Shown: positions 19,830-30,194, counted from the stretch's first letter. The stretch is DNA of 64,000 bases from Candidatus Buchananbacteria bacterium CG10_big_fil_rev_8_21_14_0_10_33_19 (GCA_002773855.1 PEZY01000012.1:161570-225569), one strand, 5' to 3'. Translations and numbers: made by a program. The notes: a model not told the origin generated them from the sequence alone.

Positions 19830-22681
19830 TGGACACTAGTAAATTGATCAGAAAAATAAAAAGATTTATAAAAATAAGGCGAACAATATTATTGTACAGC
19901 ACAATAATATTATTTTTGTTATTTTTATTCTTGGCAGTTTATGTGGGAAAAGTATATCTAACAGATGGTAAAACAGGTTTAATTAGAACGCCAATTGGCA
20001 GAGCTATATTGGCACCGTATAGATCAATGCGAAAAATGTCAGATATTATGTATCTTGGCTATGCTTTTAAAAAGAATAACTTACCAAAATATAGATTAGA
20101 AATTAATCCCAATGATTTTAAGTTTTTAAACGATAATTTGCCAGAGCCATATCAAGATGATAGACAAAGCCGTTTAACCGATGAATATCGCAAGCCGGTA
20201 CCAGCGAAATTTTATTTTGATGGTCGTGAGTATAAAGTAAAAGTTAACTATCGTGGCTATGTTGGTAATCATTGGTCTAATGCTAAAAAATCATGGGACA
20301 TAAAATTTGATGATGAAAATTTATTTAATGGTTTAACTAGTATTAAATTAATTATTCCAGAGGACAGGGGAATTGTGGCTGAATATATGAATCAATATCG
20401 AGCCAATAAACTGGGGTTGTATCCACTGTTTAGTTCTTACACTACTTTAGTAGTTAATGGTAGAAACAATGGGGTTTATTTTCAGGTTGAGCCTTGGGAT
20501 GAAAGTTATTTGGCCAAGCATGAATTAATAGACCAAACAGATATGTTCGCTTTTTATGAAGATTGGAATAGAAGTGATCGTTATAGTGATTCATTCGAAA
20601 TGTTATCTTATTATGACAAGAAAGCTGATAATCCATTTTATAATTATAAAAATTATGCACCATTAAATTATGTTTTTGATTTGATAAATGATTACTCTAC
20701 CGATTTTGAGGAAAAAATTTCTAATGTTGTTGATATGAATCAGTTTTTAAATTGGCAGGCCGTACATATGTTAATGTCTAGTCCTCATAATCTTTATAGA
20801 AATATTAGATTATTTACTGATAGAGAGACAGGGAAATTGGTTTTTGTGCCGTGGGATGTTGGCTTTACTGAGCCTAGTACTAGCTTAGAAATAAATAGCT
20901 CTAGTTTGTATAATCGTATTTTTATGTCTGACAAATTTTCTTATCAAAGAAACAAAATTCTTTGGAATTACGTTGGTAATGAGGATAATTTAAAAGATGA
21001 TTTAAAATACTATGATGATTCATTTAATAATATTAAAGTAGCTTTGGCTCAAGATCATTTGAAAGTTTATAGTACTAAGTGGTTTTTTAATGAAAATAAA
21101 AAAATCAGACAAGACATTGAAGATAATTTTTATAAAGTTAGAAATATTTTAAAAAATACTAGAGCCTCTATTAGTGTTTATATGTCTGATGATAATCCAA
21201 CTTATTTTGATGTGACAGCTGATATGCTACCAGAGATTGTTTTGGATAAAGTGAGGATCTATTCACCAGAGAACGTTGCTTATAAAATATATTTTGATTC
21301 CAATCATAATAATGAATTTGATATCACGGATGTACTAGCAGGAACTTCCAGTTATGATCTTAATAAAAAATATCACTTAATATTATCTGATAGAAATATT
21401 ATTCTGTCAGCGGCCAAAAAATTAGCTAATGATAATATTAGTTTTGAATATTTTCCAAAAACTTACAGATTTTTTATTCAGTCTAGCGGTTCAGGTAAAG
21501 TAGAAAAAATTAAAATTCAAGTAGATAATGCCATCACTGATAAAAAGGTTGATGATAGAATTCAGTACATTAGTTTAGATGCCTATAAATATTTATCACA
21601 AAAGAATATTTCTATTGATGAGTTTGTAGCAAAATTTCCCATCTTTAGAAAAATAGATAACAACACCGTTGAACTTTATAGAGGTAGTTATAATTTGAAT
21701 ACCGACGTTATCATTCCAGTTGGTAAAAAATTAATTATTAATCCAGGGGTGACGATTAATTTATCTAAAGGAGTATCATTAATAACCTATGGTCCAATTT
21801 TAGCTTCTGGTACGGTTGATAGTCCTATAGTTTTTTCTGGTTATGATGCTTGGGGGTCTGTAGGTATATCTGAGGCCCAGGAAAAAAGTGTTTTTGATCA
21901 TGTTAAATTTAGCAATGGTCAGGATGCTTTAGTTAATGGTGTTTATTATAGCGGTATGTTATCGGTTTATAGGTCTGATGTGGAAATTAATAATTCAGAA
22001 TTTTCTAAGGCACAAGCTGATGATGCAATAAATGTTAAACATGCTAAAGTTTTAATTCATAATTCTGTTTTCTATAATAATTCAGCTGATTCAATTGATC
22101 TTGATTTTATTTCTGATGGCCAGATTAAGAATAATGTATTTTTGAATACTGGTAATGATTCTATGGATTTGAGTGGCTCATCGGTTTTAATAGAGGGTAA
22201 TAAAATTAAAAATTCTGGTGATAAGGGAATTAGTATTGGTGAAAAATCAAATAATGTAATTATTTATAATAATGAAATAATTGCTAATAATATTGGTATC
22301 GAGTCTAAAGATTTATCGCAGGTCTGGACTATTAATAATGTGCTTATTAATAATGGCACCGCTGTTAATGCTTACCAGAAAAAGGGAATATTCGGCGGCG
22401 GTATGCTAGTTGTTTATAATTCTATATTTTATAAAAATGATTTAAATATTAATTTTGATGAATTATCGAAAATAGAAGTATTTAATAGTAATATCGCTGA
22501 TTATTCTGTTGAAAATGGTAATTTTATCGGTGATCCGGAGTTTATTAATGAAAGAGAGGAAAACTTTACAAATAACCCTAAAAATGTTAATATTTCCTTT
22601 ATTAATAGTGGTAATACGGATATTTTAAGTGATAAATTGAATATCAATGTTGAACAGGTGCCTGTTGGTCTAAATAAGTAA
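19829..22681 (+). CDS. Membrane-anchored CotH-family kinase with C-terminal right-handed beta-helix
   Basis: N-terminal TM; YRG...W..AKKSWDIKF, VNGRNNGVYFQVE, HN...N, FVPWDVGF match CotH motifs; C-terminal parallel beta-helix repeats (DDAINV, DSIDLD, DSMDLSG, GDKGISIGEKS, IGIESKD). Confidence 0.75.
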   Translation: MDTSKLIRKIKRFIKIRRTILLYSTIILFLLFLFLAVYVGKVYLTDGKTGLIRTPIGRAILAPYRSMRKMSDIMYLGYAFKKNNLPKYRLEINPNDFKFLNDNLPEPYQDDRQSRLTDEYRKPVPAKFYFDGREYKVKVNYRGYVGNHWSNAKKSWDIKFDDENLFNGLTSIKLIIPEDRGIVAEYMNQYRANKLGLYPLFSSYTTLVVNGRNNGVYFQVEPWDESYLAKHELIDQTDMFAFYEDWNRSDRYSDSFEMLSYYDKKADNPFYNYKNYAPLNYVFDLINDYSTDFEEKISNVVDMNQFLNWQAVHMLMSSPHNLYRNIRLFTDRETGKLVFVPWDVGFTEPSTSLEINSSSLYNRIFMSDKFSYQRNKILWNYVGNEDNLKDDLKYYDDSFNNIKVALAQDHLKVYSTKWFFNENKKIRQDIEDNFYKVRNILKNTRASISVYMSDDNPTYFDVTADMLPEIVLDKVRIYSPENVAYKIYFDSNHNNEFDITDVLAGTSSYDLNKKYHLILSDRNIILSAAKKLANDNISFEYFPKTYRFFIQSSGSGKVEKIKIQVDNAITDKKVDDRIQYISLDAYKYLSQKNISIDEFVAKFPIFRKIDNNTVELYRGSYNLNTDVIIPVGKKLIINPGVTINLSKGVSLITYGPILASGTVDSPIVFSGYDAWGSVGISEAQEKSVFDHVKFSNGQDALVNGVYYSGMLSVYRSDVEINNSEFSKAQADDAINVKHAKVLIHNSVFYNNSADSIDLDFISDGQIKNNVFLNTGNDSMDLSGSSVLIEGNKIKNSGDKGISIGEKSNNVIIYNNEIIANNIGIESKDLSQVWTINNVLINNGTAVNAYQKKGIFGGGMLVVYNSIFYKNDLNINFDELSKIEVFNSNIADYSVENGNFIGDPEFINEREENFTNNPKNVNISFINSGNTDILSDKLNINVEQVPVGLNK

Positions 22682-22682
22682 T

Positions 22683-23432
22683 ATGGTTAAACCAAAACTA
22701 CATTTTCAAAGGTTTGAATTTAAATATTATCTACCTAAGAATACGGCAGATAAGTTAATTCCAACACTTTTGAATTACATGAACTGGGATAGCTATATCC
22801 AAAATACTGGCAGGGATTATTACGAGGTTAATAGTTTGTACTTTGATACTTATAATTTTGATTGTTTTTGGGATAAGGAAGCTGGGGTGTCCAATAGAAA
22901 AAAACTTAGGTTTAGATTTTATGGCCATGACTTATTACCAGAGACGCCAGTTTTTTTGGAGATAAAACAAAAGAATAATGTTTTAGTAACCAAAGATCGA
23001 GTTAAGTTGAAAATGTCAGATTGTGTAAATGAAAATTTGGATTCAGCTTTAATGTCTAATTACGGCAATAATAATGATAAATTTTTAGATAGTTTATTTT
23101 TATTTAAAAATACTAATTTCCTAAAACCCAAACTTTATATCTCCTATAAACGTAAAGCATTGGTTGGCAAGCACGATGATCGTTTTAGAGTGACCTTTGA
23201 TTATGATATTAAAACTAAGTTATCAAGTGATATTAAAGATGGCACCTCTAGTTTAAAGGATGTTTACTTTGATGGCGTTGTTTTAGAGTTAAAATATAAT
23301 AATATTTTACCATCATGGTTTCACGGGATTATTCAATCATATCAACTTGATCGCATAGCTTATTCTAAATATTGTAATTCCTTAAGAATGTGTTTACCAA
23401 ACTTAGACGATAATAATTATTCATTAAGATAA
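22683..23432 (+). CDS. VTC-domain (CYTH-like) polyphosphate polymerase domain protein
   Basis: RFEFKY (ExK), VNSLYFDT, RKKLRFRFY, FLEIKQK, YKRKA, RVTFD, VLELKY, SKY. Confidence 0.85.
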   Translation: MVKPKLHFQRFEFKYYLPKNTADKLIPTLLNYMNWDSYIQNTGRDYYEVNSLYFDTYNFDCFWDKEAGVSNRKKLRFRFYGHDLLPETPVFLEIKQKNNVLVTKDRVKLKMSDCVNENLDSALMSNYGNNNDKFLDSLFLFKNTNFLKPKLYISYKRKALVGKHDDRFRVTFDYDIKTKLSSDIKDGTSSLKDVYFDGVVLELKYNNILPSWFHGIIQSYQLDRIAYSKYCNSLRMCLPNLDDNNYSLR

Positions 23433-23436
23433 AAAA

Positions 23437-24123
23437 ATGTTAGAAAATTTAATAGAACTGCCAAAAATAGTGACCACACTTACTGTATCAACAATTGTAT
23501 TTAATATTGTCTTGGCCTTTGTTCTGTCTTTGATTATAGCTATAGTATATAGAAACACTCACAAAGGCTTGTCGTATTCACAATCATTCACTTTTACCTT
23601 GGTTTTAATTGGTATGTTAATTGCGGTTATTATGATGGTTATTGGCAATAGTTTGGCTATTGCTTTCGGCGCTTTCGGCGCTTTTTCTTTGATTAGATTT
23701 AGAACTGCAATTAAGGATACTAAGGATTTATCATTTATATTACTAGTAGTTTCAATTGGTTTAGCTGTTGGTACTAATAATTATTTAATTGCTATAATTG
23801 TTGCTTTGTTGTCTAGTATCTTTATTTATTTAATGTCTAAATTTAATTTCGGTTCAATTAGAAAATATGACTACTTGCTTAACTTCTCTGCTAATCATGA
23901 AGAATTTTCTAATAACAGGATGAGAGAGATATTTGATGATTTTTTGAAATACGATAATCTATTAAATGTAGTCTCTCATGATAATGGTAGATTATTAGAT
24001 TATAGTTTTAATATTAAATTTATTAAAGAAGACAGTGTTAGTATTTTTGTGGAACGCTTAAGTAAAATGAATGGTGTAAAAAGTGTTAATATTGTAGCTG
24101 CTAAAAATGATATTGAGTATTAG
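23437..24123 (+). CDS. DUF4956 family membrane protein (MgtC-like TM region plus small C-terminal domain)
   Basis: YSQSF..TL, IMMVIGNSLAIAFGAFGAFSLIRFRTAIKD signature; adjacent to VTC gene as is usual for the family. Confidence 0.85.
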   Translation: MLENLIELPKIVTTLTVSTIVFNIVLAFVLSLIIAIVYRNTHKGLSYSQSFTFTLVLIGMLIAVIMMVIGNSLAIAFGAFGAFSLIRFRTAIKDTKDLSFILLVVSIGLAVGTNNYLIAIIVALLSSIFIYLMSKFNFGSIRKYDYLLNFSANHEEFSNNRMREIFDDFLKYDNLLNVVSHDNGRLLDYSFNIKFIKEDSVSIFVERLSKMNGVKSVNIVAAKNDIEY

Positions 24124-24178
24124 TTTGTAGAAAGGTTTTAAAACTAATTGTTTAACCGTAATTATTTATAAAATAATA

Positions 24179-26110
24179 GTGGCTAATCATATAAAAAAAA
24201 TATATTTTCGTTTTCTGTTTTGGTTAGATGGAATATTGCCTAAACACAATATTCCAGTTTTGTTATATCACTCAATAAGTGATGATAATAGTAAAATGTC
24301 TGTCAGTCCAGAAAAATTTGAGCAGCAATTAATACAATTAAAAAAAGCAGGTTATAAATCAATTAGTCTGGCTGAGTTGAAGAGTTGTTTTGATAAAAAT
24401 ATATTTCCTACTAAAAGAGTAATGATTACTTTTGATGACGGCTTTTTGGATAATTATGAAATCGCTCGACCGTTATTAAAACAATATGGTTTTGGAGCGG
24501 TTTTTTTTATCGCTGGAAAATATATTGATTCTACCGCTGATTTTTGTACTAATGATATAGATAGGGTTAAAAAAATGATGTCCGAAGATCAGTTAGGAGA
24601 CTTATCTGGTAATAACTTGGAGGTGGCTAATCATTTCTTTTCTCATAAGATTTTATCTGATATGGATAGTGATGAAATTAAAAATGAGTATTACACTAAC
24701 CGAGATAAATTATTAAAAATAGTGGGTGATATTGAAACTTTGAAGTATGTAGCCTATCCCAAAAATAAAAAAAATAATGTAGCTAGTTTATTAGAAAAAT
24801 GTGGTGTACTTTTAGCATTTGGTGGTCGACCTGGAGTGGTGAAGCAAAATAGTTTGCGTTATGACTTGCCAAGAATTCAAGTTTATAATAACGATTCAAT
24901 TAATAAATTTTTAGCCAAGCTATCACCATATTATTATTTTTTGCCATGGATTGCATTTGTTATTAAACAGGCCATAAGATCACCTTGGTTTTATTTGCTT
25001 TTAGTTCTAGCATTGTCTAGGTTTGCTTTTTTCTGGCTTGGGTTGTTTGGCTTCCCAGCTAATGCATCTTTGGTTGGTGATTGGTGGACACTTTATGGCG
25101 GTGATGAAATAAATTATTTTAAATCAGCTAAAGAAATTATTGATGGAGATGTTATCTCTCGGGCTAGGCCTATCGGATTTCCTTTATTTTTAATTCCGTT
25201 TATTTGGTTTAGTTATTCGGTTAATTTTATTGACGCTTTCCCATTGGTATCTTTTGTTAATGGCGTTGTTCTTTACTCAGTTGCTTTGGTATTAATTTAT
25301 TTTTTAGCTAAAGAGATTCTTGGTTCAAAATTAAAGGCGTATATAGTGGCAGTGATTTTTAATATTTATCCTTATTTATTTTATTTTTTATTTAAAATAT
25401 TTGTTAGAGGTAATAATATTATTAGTCCTTTTGTAGAAAGTCGTTTTAGACAGTTAATGTTTTGGCATTTTGGATCCGATCCTTTGTCTATAGTTTTGAT
25501 ATTGGCTTCTTTATTGTGCTTTATTTTGATAATTAGGAATAAGGTGAACTCTATTTTTATAGCTTCAATAGTTGGCTTAATGTCTTCTTGGTCGGTTATA
25601 GCGAGATTACAAAATTTAATAATTTTACCGATATTTTTCTTGGCCTTTTTATTGTTTAGGAAAATAAAGTTATTAAAATATTTTTTTATCTTTAGTCTAT
25701 TGCCTCTTTTTTTACAATTATATTTTAATTTTATAAGTCAAGATTCAATTTTTTCTACTTCCTATAAATTAAATGGTGGTTCTGGATCGGATATTCCAAT
25801 TTTTAGTTTTTCTTATATTTTTAGAATAGTCACTTATCCTTTGGATTATGGAGCCATTTTGTTAGCGCCAATTATAATTATTTTAGTATTGGCAGTTGTT
25901 GGGTTTTATTATCTAATTAAATTAAATAAAAAAGTTGGATTATTTTTATTTGGTTATGTGATTTTAAATTTACTTTTTATTTTATTTTTGGAACCAACAT
26001 TTAGAAATCCTAGATATTTTTTACCGGTTATTCCTATTTTGATAATAGTTTTATATTTACCAATGGATCAGTTAATAAACAAAATAATTTTATATGTTAA
26101 ATCAAAATGA
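24179..26110 (+). CDS. Fusion: polysaccharide deacetylase (CE4, IcaB-like) plus GT-C membrane glycosyltransferase
   Basis: PVLLYHSI, ITFDDGFLDNY, NHFFSH, AYP, LPRI; then polytopic region with GGDEINY, RPIGFP, RNPRYFLP. Confidence 0.75.
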   Translation: MANHIKKIYFRFLFWLDGILPKHNIPVLLYHSISDDNSKMSVSPEKFEQQLIQLKKAGYKSISLAELKSCFDKNIFPTKRVMITFDDGFLDNYEIARPLLKQYGFGAVFFIAGKYIDSTADFCTNDIDRVKKMMSEDQLGDLSGNNLEVANHFFSHKILSDMDSDEIKNEYYTNRDKLLKIVGDIETLKYVAYPKNKKNNVASLLEKCGVLLAFGGRPGVVKQNSLRYDLPRIQVYNNDSINKFLAKLSPYYYFLPWIAFVIKQAIRSPWFYLLLVLALSRFAFFWLGLFGFPANASLVGDWWTLYGGDEINYFKSAKEIIDGDVISRARPIGFPLFLIPFIWFSYSVNFIDAFPLVSFVNGVVLYSVALVLIYFLAKEILGSKLKAYIVAVIFNIYPYLFYFLFKIFVRGNNIISPFVESRFRQLMFWHFGSDPLSIVLILASLLCFILIIRNKVNSIFIASIVGLMSSWSVIARLQNLIILPIFFLAFLLFRKIKLLKYFFIFSLLPLFLQLYFNFISQDSIFSTSYKLNGGSGSDIPIFSFSYIFRIVTYPLDYGAILLAPIIIILVLAVVGFYYLIKLNKKVGLFLFGYVILNLLFILFLEPTFRNPRYFLPVIPILIIVLYLPMDQLINKIILYVKSK

Positions 26111-26954
26111 TAAATTAAGTTTTCTAATTCCAGTTCATAATGAAGATAAGGTGATTTCTAAAACTCTGCGTGAGTGTTATGAAAAATTAAAGTCTTTGAA
26201 TATTAATTTCGAAATAATTGTCATTAACGACGGTTCTACAGATACCACTAAAGAAATATTATCCCAAGTGGATTACGTTAAAGTTTTAAATAACCCGTAT
26301 AATATTGGCTACGGTGCTTCATTAAAACGAGGTATCGCTAGTAGTAGTGGTAATTGGATTATGATTATTGACGCCGATGGAACTTATCCCATTTCTGATA
26401 TTGATAAAATTATAAAGCCAGCCGGTGATTATGATATGGTGGTAGGTAATCGTCAACATGATAAGGATCATTTTGGTCGTAAGCCAGCCAAGTGGTTTTT
26501 GAAAAAGCTGGCTAGTTTTTTGGCTGGTAAAAAAATTCCAGATTTAAATTCCGGCATGAGAATATTTAAGAAAAGTGTTGCTTTAGAATTTTGGCATTTG
26601 TATCCGTCGAGATTTTCTTTTACTAGCACTATTACTTTGGCTTGCTTTGCTAACGATTATTTTGTGAAGTATGTAGATATCCCGTATTATTCTAGAGTCG
26701 GAAGATCAGGTATAAAGCCTCGTAATTTTTTTGACTTCATAGCTTTGATTCTTAAATTGGTTGTTTACTTTAAGCCACTTAAGATGCTTAGTCCTTTGGC
26801 ATTGTTGTTTTTGCTAGCAGGTCTGGCAAAACTAGTCAAAGATTTTGTGGTTAATGGTTATATAGGTACGTTGGCTTTGTTATTAATCTTATTTGCAGTA
26901 CAGATATTTATTATGGCTATTATATCTGAAGTAATAATCAAGAGACAAAAATAA
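26094..26954 (+). CDS. GT2 glycosyltransferase (polyprenol-phosphate sugar synthase-like) with two C-terminal TM helices
   Basis: IPVHNE, INDGSTD, NIGYGASLKRG, IDADGTY, DLNSGMR. Confidence 0.88.
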   Translation: MLNQNDKLSFLIPVHNEDKVISKTLRECYEKLKSLNINFEIIVINDGSTDTTKEILSQVDYVKVLNNPYNIGYGASLKRGIASSSGNWIMIIDADGTYPISDIDKIIKPAGDYDMVVGNRQHDKDHFGRKPAKWFLKKLASFLAGKKIPDLNSGMRIFKKSVALEFWHLYPSRFSFTSTITLACFANDYFVKYVDIPYYSRVGRSGIKPRNFFDFIALILKLVVYFKPLKMLSPLALLFLLAGLAKLVKDFVVNGYIGTLALLLILFAVQIFIMAIISEVIIKRQK

Positions 26955-28046
26955 ATGAATAATACATTTGCAAAATATATTATTGGTGGATTCATTAGCT
27001 ACGGAATAAAAATTATTTTAACTTATACAGTGATTAATTTTTTTGACCTTTGGTATTTTTATGCTTATCTATTTTCTTTGGGAGTGGTTATTTTTATAAA
27101 TTTTGTTATTAATTCATTTTTTATTTTTAAGGTTAGTGATTTTAACGTTATTAGGATTATAAAATATGTAGTATCAATTTTTATATTTAATTCTTTGGAT
27201 GCTGGATTGGTAGTTATTTTAACTGATAAGTTTTTCTTATATTATTTACTATCAATTACTATATCTACTATTGTTATTTTTTTGGTAAAATTTATTATTT
27301 ATAAATATTTTATTTTTAATACTAATTCTAATTATAATTCTAATGTAAATACCGATAACAAAAATATTTTTTCGTCAAAGGCTTATCTAAAAGAACATGA
27401 CAAGCCTTATCTTAAGGGTTATGAAAAAGTAGTAATTGAAAAATATTTTACTTCAAATATGAAGATTTTAGATTTGGGTTGTGGTGCTGGCAGAACTAGT
27501 AAGATTTTAAGTGATATGGGTTGTAGGGTTATTGGTGTGGATATTTCTGACAATCTAATTGATCTAGCCAAACAAAAATATCCCAATCTAGATTTTAGAA
27601 TTGGCGATGCTACTAGTTTAGATTTTGAAGACAATTATTTTGATGCTGTGTTATTTTCTTTTAATGGTATTGACTATGTTCATCCTAGAAAACTTCGCTT
27701 GCAAGTTTTAGAAGAGATTAATAGGGTGTTAAAAAATGGCGGGTTATTTGTTTATTCATCTCATAATGCTTTAAATATTCCTAGAACTAAGATATCGATA
27801 TTAACATTTTTAAATAGTCTATTAACTTTAAGAATTTTTAGTTATTATAGAAATGAAAAACATGATTTAGGAGATATTGTTACTTATTATGGTAATATTT
27901 GGTCTGAGGAAAAAGATTTAAATAAGCATGGTCTAGTTTTAATTGATTGCGTAGGCGTTGGATCTGTATCTAGTATTAAAAATAAATTATTACTTAGTTT
28001 ATTATCTAAGCATATAATGTATGTGGCAAAGTCTAATAATCAATAA
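26955..28046 (+). CDS. Fusion: GtrA-like 4-TM flippase plus class I SAM methyltransferase
   Basis: aa1-120 four TM helices with GtrA pattern; Asn-rich linker; ILDLGCGAGR, GVDIS, GDATSLDF. Confidence 0.75.
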   Translation: MNNTFAKYIIGGFISYGIKIILTYTVINFFDLWYFYAYLFSLGVVIFINFVINSFFIFKVSDFNVIRIIKYVVSIFIFNSLDAGLVVILTDKFFLYYLLSITISTIVIFLVKFIIYKYFIFNTNSNYNSNVNTDNKNIFSSKAYLKEHDKPYLKGYEKVVIEKYFTSNMKILDLGCGAGRTSKILSDMGCRVIGVDISDNLIDLAKQKYPNLDFRIGDATSLDFEDNYFDAVLFSFNGIDYVHPRKLRLQVLEEINRVLKNGGLFVYSSHNALNIPRTKISILTFLNSLLTLRIFSYYRNEKHDLGDIVTYYGNIWSEEKDLNKHGLVLIDCVGVGSVSSIKNKLLLSLLSKHIMYVAKSNNQ

Positions 28047-28048
28047 AT

Positions 28049-28804
28049 ATGATTTTAAAAAAGAAAAAAGCATTTTTAAGTTTAGTTGAAGTGTCTTTGG
28101 ATGATGCTGAAGCTATTAGCGTAATGACTCAAAGAAAAAAATACGATCATATTAATATTGTTAGTTATAATTTTTTGGATCATGATAACAATTTTAAATT
28201 AAAGAAAAAGCAGAGTGCTAGAATTGTTTTGGGTGACGACATCGATAAGTTATTGGCCGCCTTTTCAGATACTTGTCGTAAGCATATCAGGAGAACTTTT
28301 AAAATTGATAATTTATATTTTAAAATGATGGATTCAAATTTTGATAAAACTTATTTAGCTTATTGTAATTTTGAATTAGCTAATGGTAGAACGCCATTTT
28401 CAAAATCAACACTTAATAAGATGTTAATTTTTAATGCTTATTATAATAATGAAATTATTTCTTCTATTTTGTGTTATGATACCAAGCCATCGTTGAAAGC
28501 CCATACTATTTTTTCTAAGCGTTTGGAAATTGATAATAAGGATGAATATAAGATAATAGGTTACGCCTCCAAAAGATTGATATATGAAATTTGTAAATAT
28601 GGAATTTTGAATAATTATACTCATTTTGATTTAGGGTCGGTTAATTTTGATGATGAGTCTAAACGGGGTATAAATAATTTTAAACTAAGTTTTAATCCAT
28701 TAGTGGTCGAAGAGTACCACTATATTTATACTAGTAAGAGATTCATATTATTGAATTATATTAATAAAATTGTTAAAAAAATATTGGCTATTATTGGACG
28801 ATAA
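28049..28804 (+). CDS. FemAB/FemX-like GNAT-fold protein
   Basis: LLAAFSDTCRKHIRR, LIYEICKY...FDLGSV, GINNFKLSF resemble FemAB-related motifs. Confidence 0.6.
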   Translation: MILKKKKAFLSLVEVSLDDAEAISVMTQRKKYDHINIVSYNFLDHDNNFKLKKKQSARIVLGDDIDKLLAAFSDTCRKHIRRTFKIDNLYFKMMDSNFDKTYLAYCNFELANGRTPFSKSTLNKMLIFNAYYNNEIISSILCYDTKPSLKAHTIFSKRLEIDNKDEYKIIGYASKRLIYEICKYGILNNYTHFDLGSVNFDDESKRGINNFKLSFNPLVVEEYHYIYTSKRFILLNYINKIVKKILAIIGR

Positions 28805-28816
28805 AACAACGATGTA

Positions 28817-28825
28817 TGATATACT
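28817..28825 (+). promoter_or_regulatory. Candidate extended -10 promoter upstream of wzx
   Basis: TGaTATACT in the 49-bp gap, 28 bp before the ATG. Confidence 0.45.
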
Positions 28826-28853
28826 TAATAAAATAGTGTTAACTATAAAATAA

Positions 28854-30185
28854 ATGTTAGTTAGATTAAAAAACTTATTCTCTAAGAAATTCATCAAAGA
28901 TGCCATGGTTTTACAGGTTGGTAGTGTTTTTTCTAGTAGTATATTTTTCTTGGGTTCTGTGGCTTTGGCTAGATTTTTAGGAGTTGAACTTTACGGTCAA
29001 TATGCTTTGATATTTACTTTCATTAGTTTAGTTAATTTGTTTACTAATTGGGGTGAGCAGGGTGTGGCTTTAACAATTGCCCCAGAAGCTTATGCCAAGG
29101 GTGATATTAATAAGTTTCAAGAGGTGATTAAGTATTTCTTTTTTATTACCACTATATCAACATTAATTGTTAATGTTGGTGTATTTTTCTTTGCTCCTAG
29201 GTTAACAGAAATACTTTACCATAATCCGCAAATAGGAAATTTTGCTAGAGTTGTTTTGCTGATGAGCATACTTCAGATAATTTATTTATTTTTTACAGTA
29301 ATTTTACAAATTGTGAGAAATGTAAAATATCTCTCTGTTCTCGATGCTATTAATAAATTTTTACATGTTGGTATTTCTGTCTTACTTGTATTTTTGGGCT
29401 ACGGCCTGTGGGGAGTAGTATATGGTAAATTAATTGTGGCTATTATTTTCTTGATATTCTCAGTGGTAGCTTATAAAATTTTATTTAAAAATAATAGTTT
29501 AATGCCATCAATCAAAGAATTATTGTTTGGGATTAACTATAAAATTATTAAGAAATTTTTTAGATTTGGGATAGCTATTTCTTTGGATAAAAATATCGGT
29601 AGTTTATTTGGAATTTTGCCACTAATGTTACTGGGTTATTATGGTTCTATTGAGCAGGTGAGTTACTATAAGGTGGCTTATGGCTATATATCCTTGCCAA
29701 TGATACTCTTAGGTCCAGTTTCTAGATTACTGTCGGTTCAATTACCACAGTCTAAAGCTTATGGTCTTAATGTTTTAAGACGAGACTTTTGGCGGAGCAC
29801 TTTATTCTCTGGTTTTATTAATATGTCTTTGGTTTTAATATTTTTAATTCCGGCTAAATTTTTAGTGGAGACTTTTTATGGTGCAGATTTTATGGGTAGT
29901 GTGCCAGCTATTTATTTTCTATCAATAGTGGTAATACTTAGTGGTTTTAATATTGGACTAGGGTCAATTATGAAGACAATCAGAAAAATGAAATATTCAA
30001 TTGTCATTAATGTTTCTACTATCGTTGTTCAATTATTAACTTTTTGGATTATGATTCAATATTTACATTTTAGTGCTTTGATTTCAGTAATAGCGTCTTT
30101 GGTTTTTTTGACAATTTTTAATATGATATTTATGTTTGGCTTGTTAATTAGAAATGTTGGTTTAAGTAAAAAAAGTGATTTTTAA
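28854..30185 (+). CDS. wzx: Wzx-type oligosaccharide flippase (MOP superfamily)
   Basis: About 12 TM; LARFLGVELYGQY, VSYYKVA, LVETFYGADF. Confidence 0.8.
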   Translation: MLVRLKNLFSKKFIKDAMVLQVGSVFSSSIFFLGSVALARFLGVELYGQYALIFTFISLVNLFTNWGEQGVALTIAPEAYAKGDINKFQEVIKYFFFITTISTLIVNVGVFFFAPRLTEILYHNPQIGNFARVVLLMSILQIIYLFFTVILQIVRNVKYLSVLDAINKFLHVGISVLLVFLGYGLWGVVYGKLIVAIIFLIFSVVAYKILFKNNSLMPSIKELLFGINYKIIKKFFRFGIAISLDKNIGSLFGILPLMLLGYYGSIEQVSYYKVAYGYISLPMILLGPVSRLLSVQLPQSKAYGLNVLRRDFWRSTLFSGFINMSLVLIFLIPAKFLVETFYGADFMGSVPAIYFLSIVVILSGFNIGLGSIMKTIRKMKYSIVINVSTIVVQLLTFWIMIQYLHFSALISVIASLVFLTIFNMIFMFGLLIRNVGLSKKSDF

Positions 30186-30194
30186 ATAAATTTT

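Noticed and set aside
23660-23684. gctttcggc tandem repeat as a phase-variation tract
   Set aside because: Encodes the AFGAFGAF segment of the DUF4956 signature; explained by protein sequence
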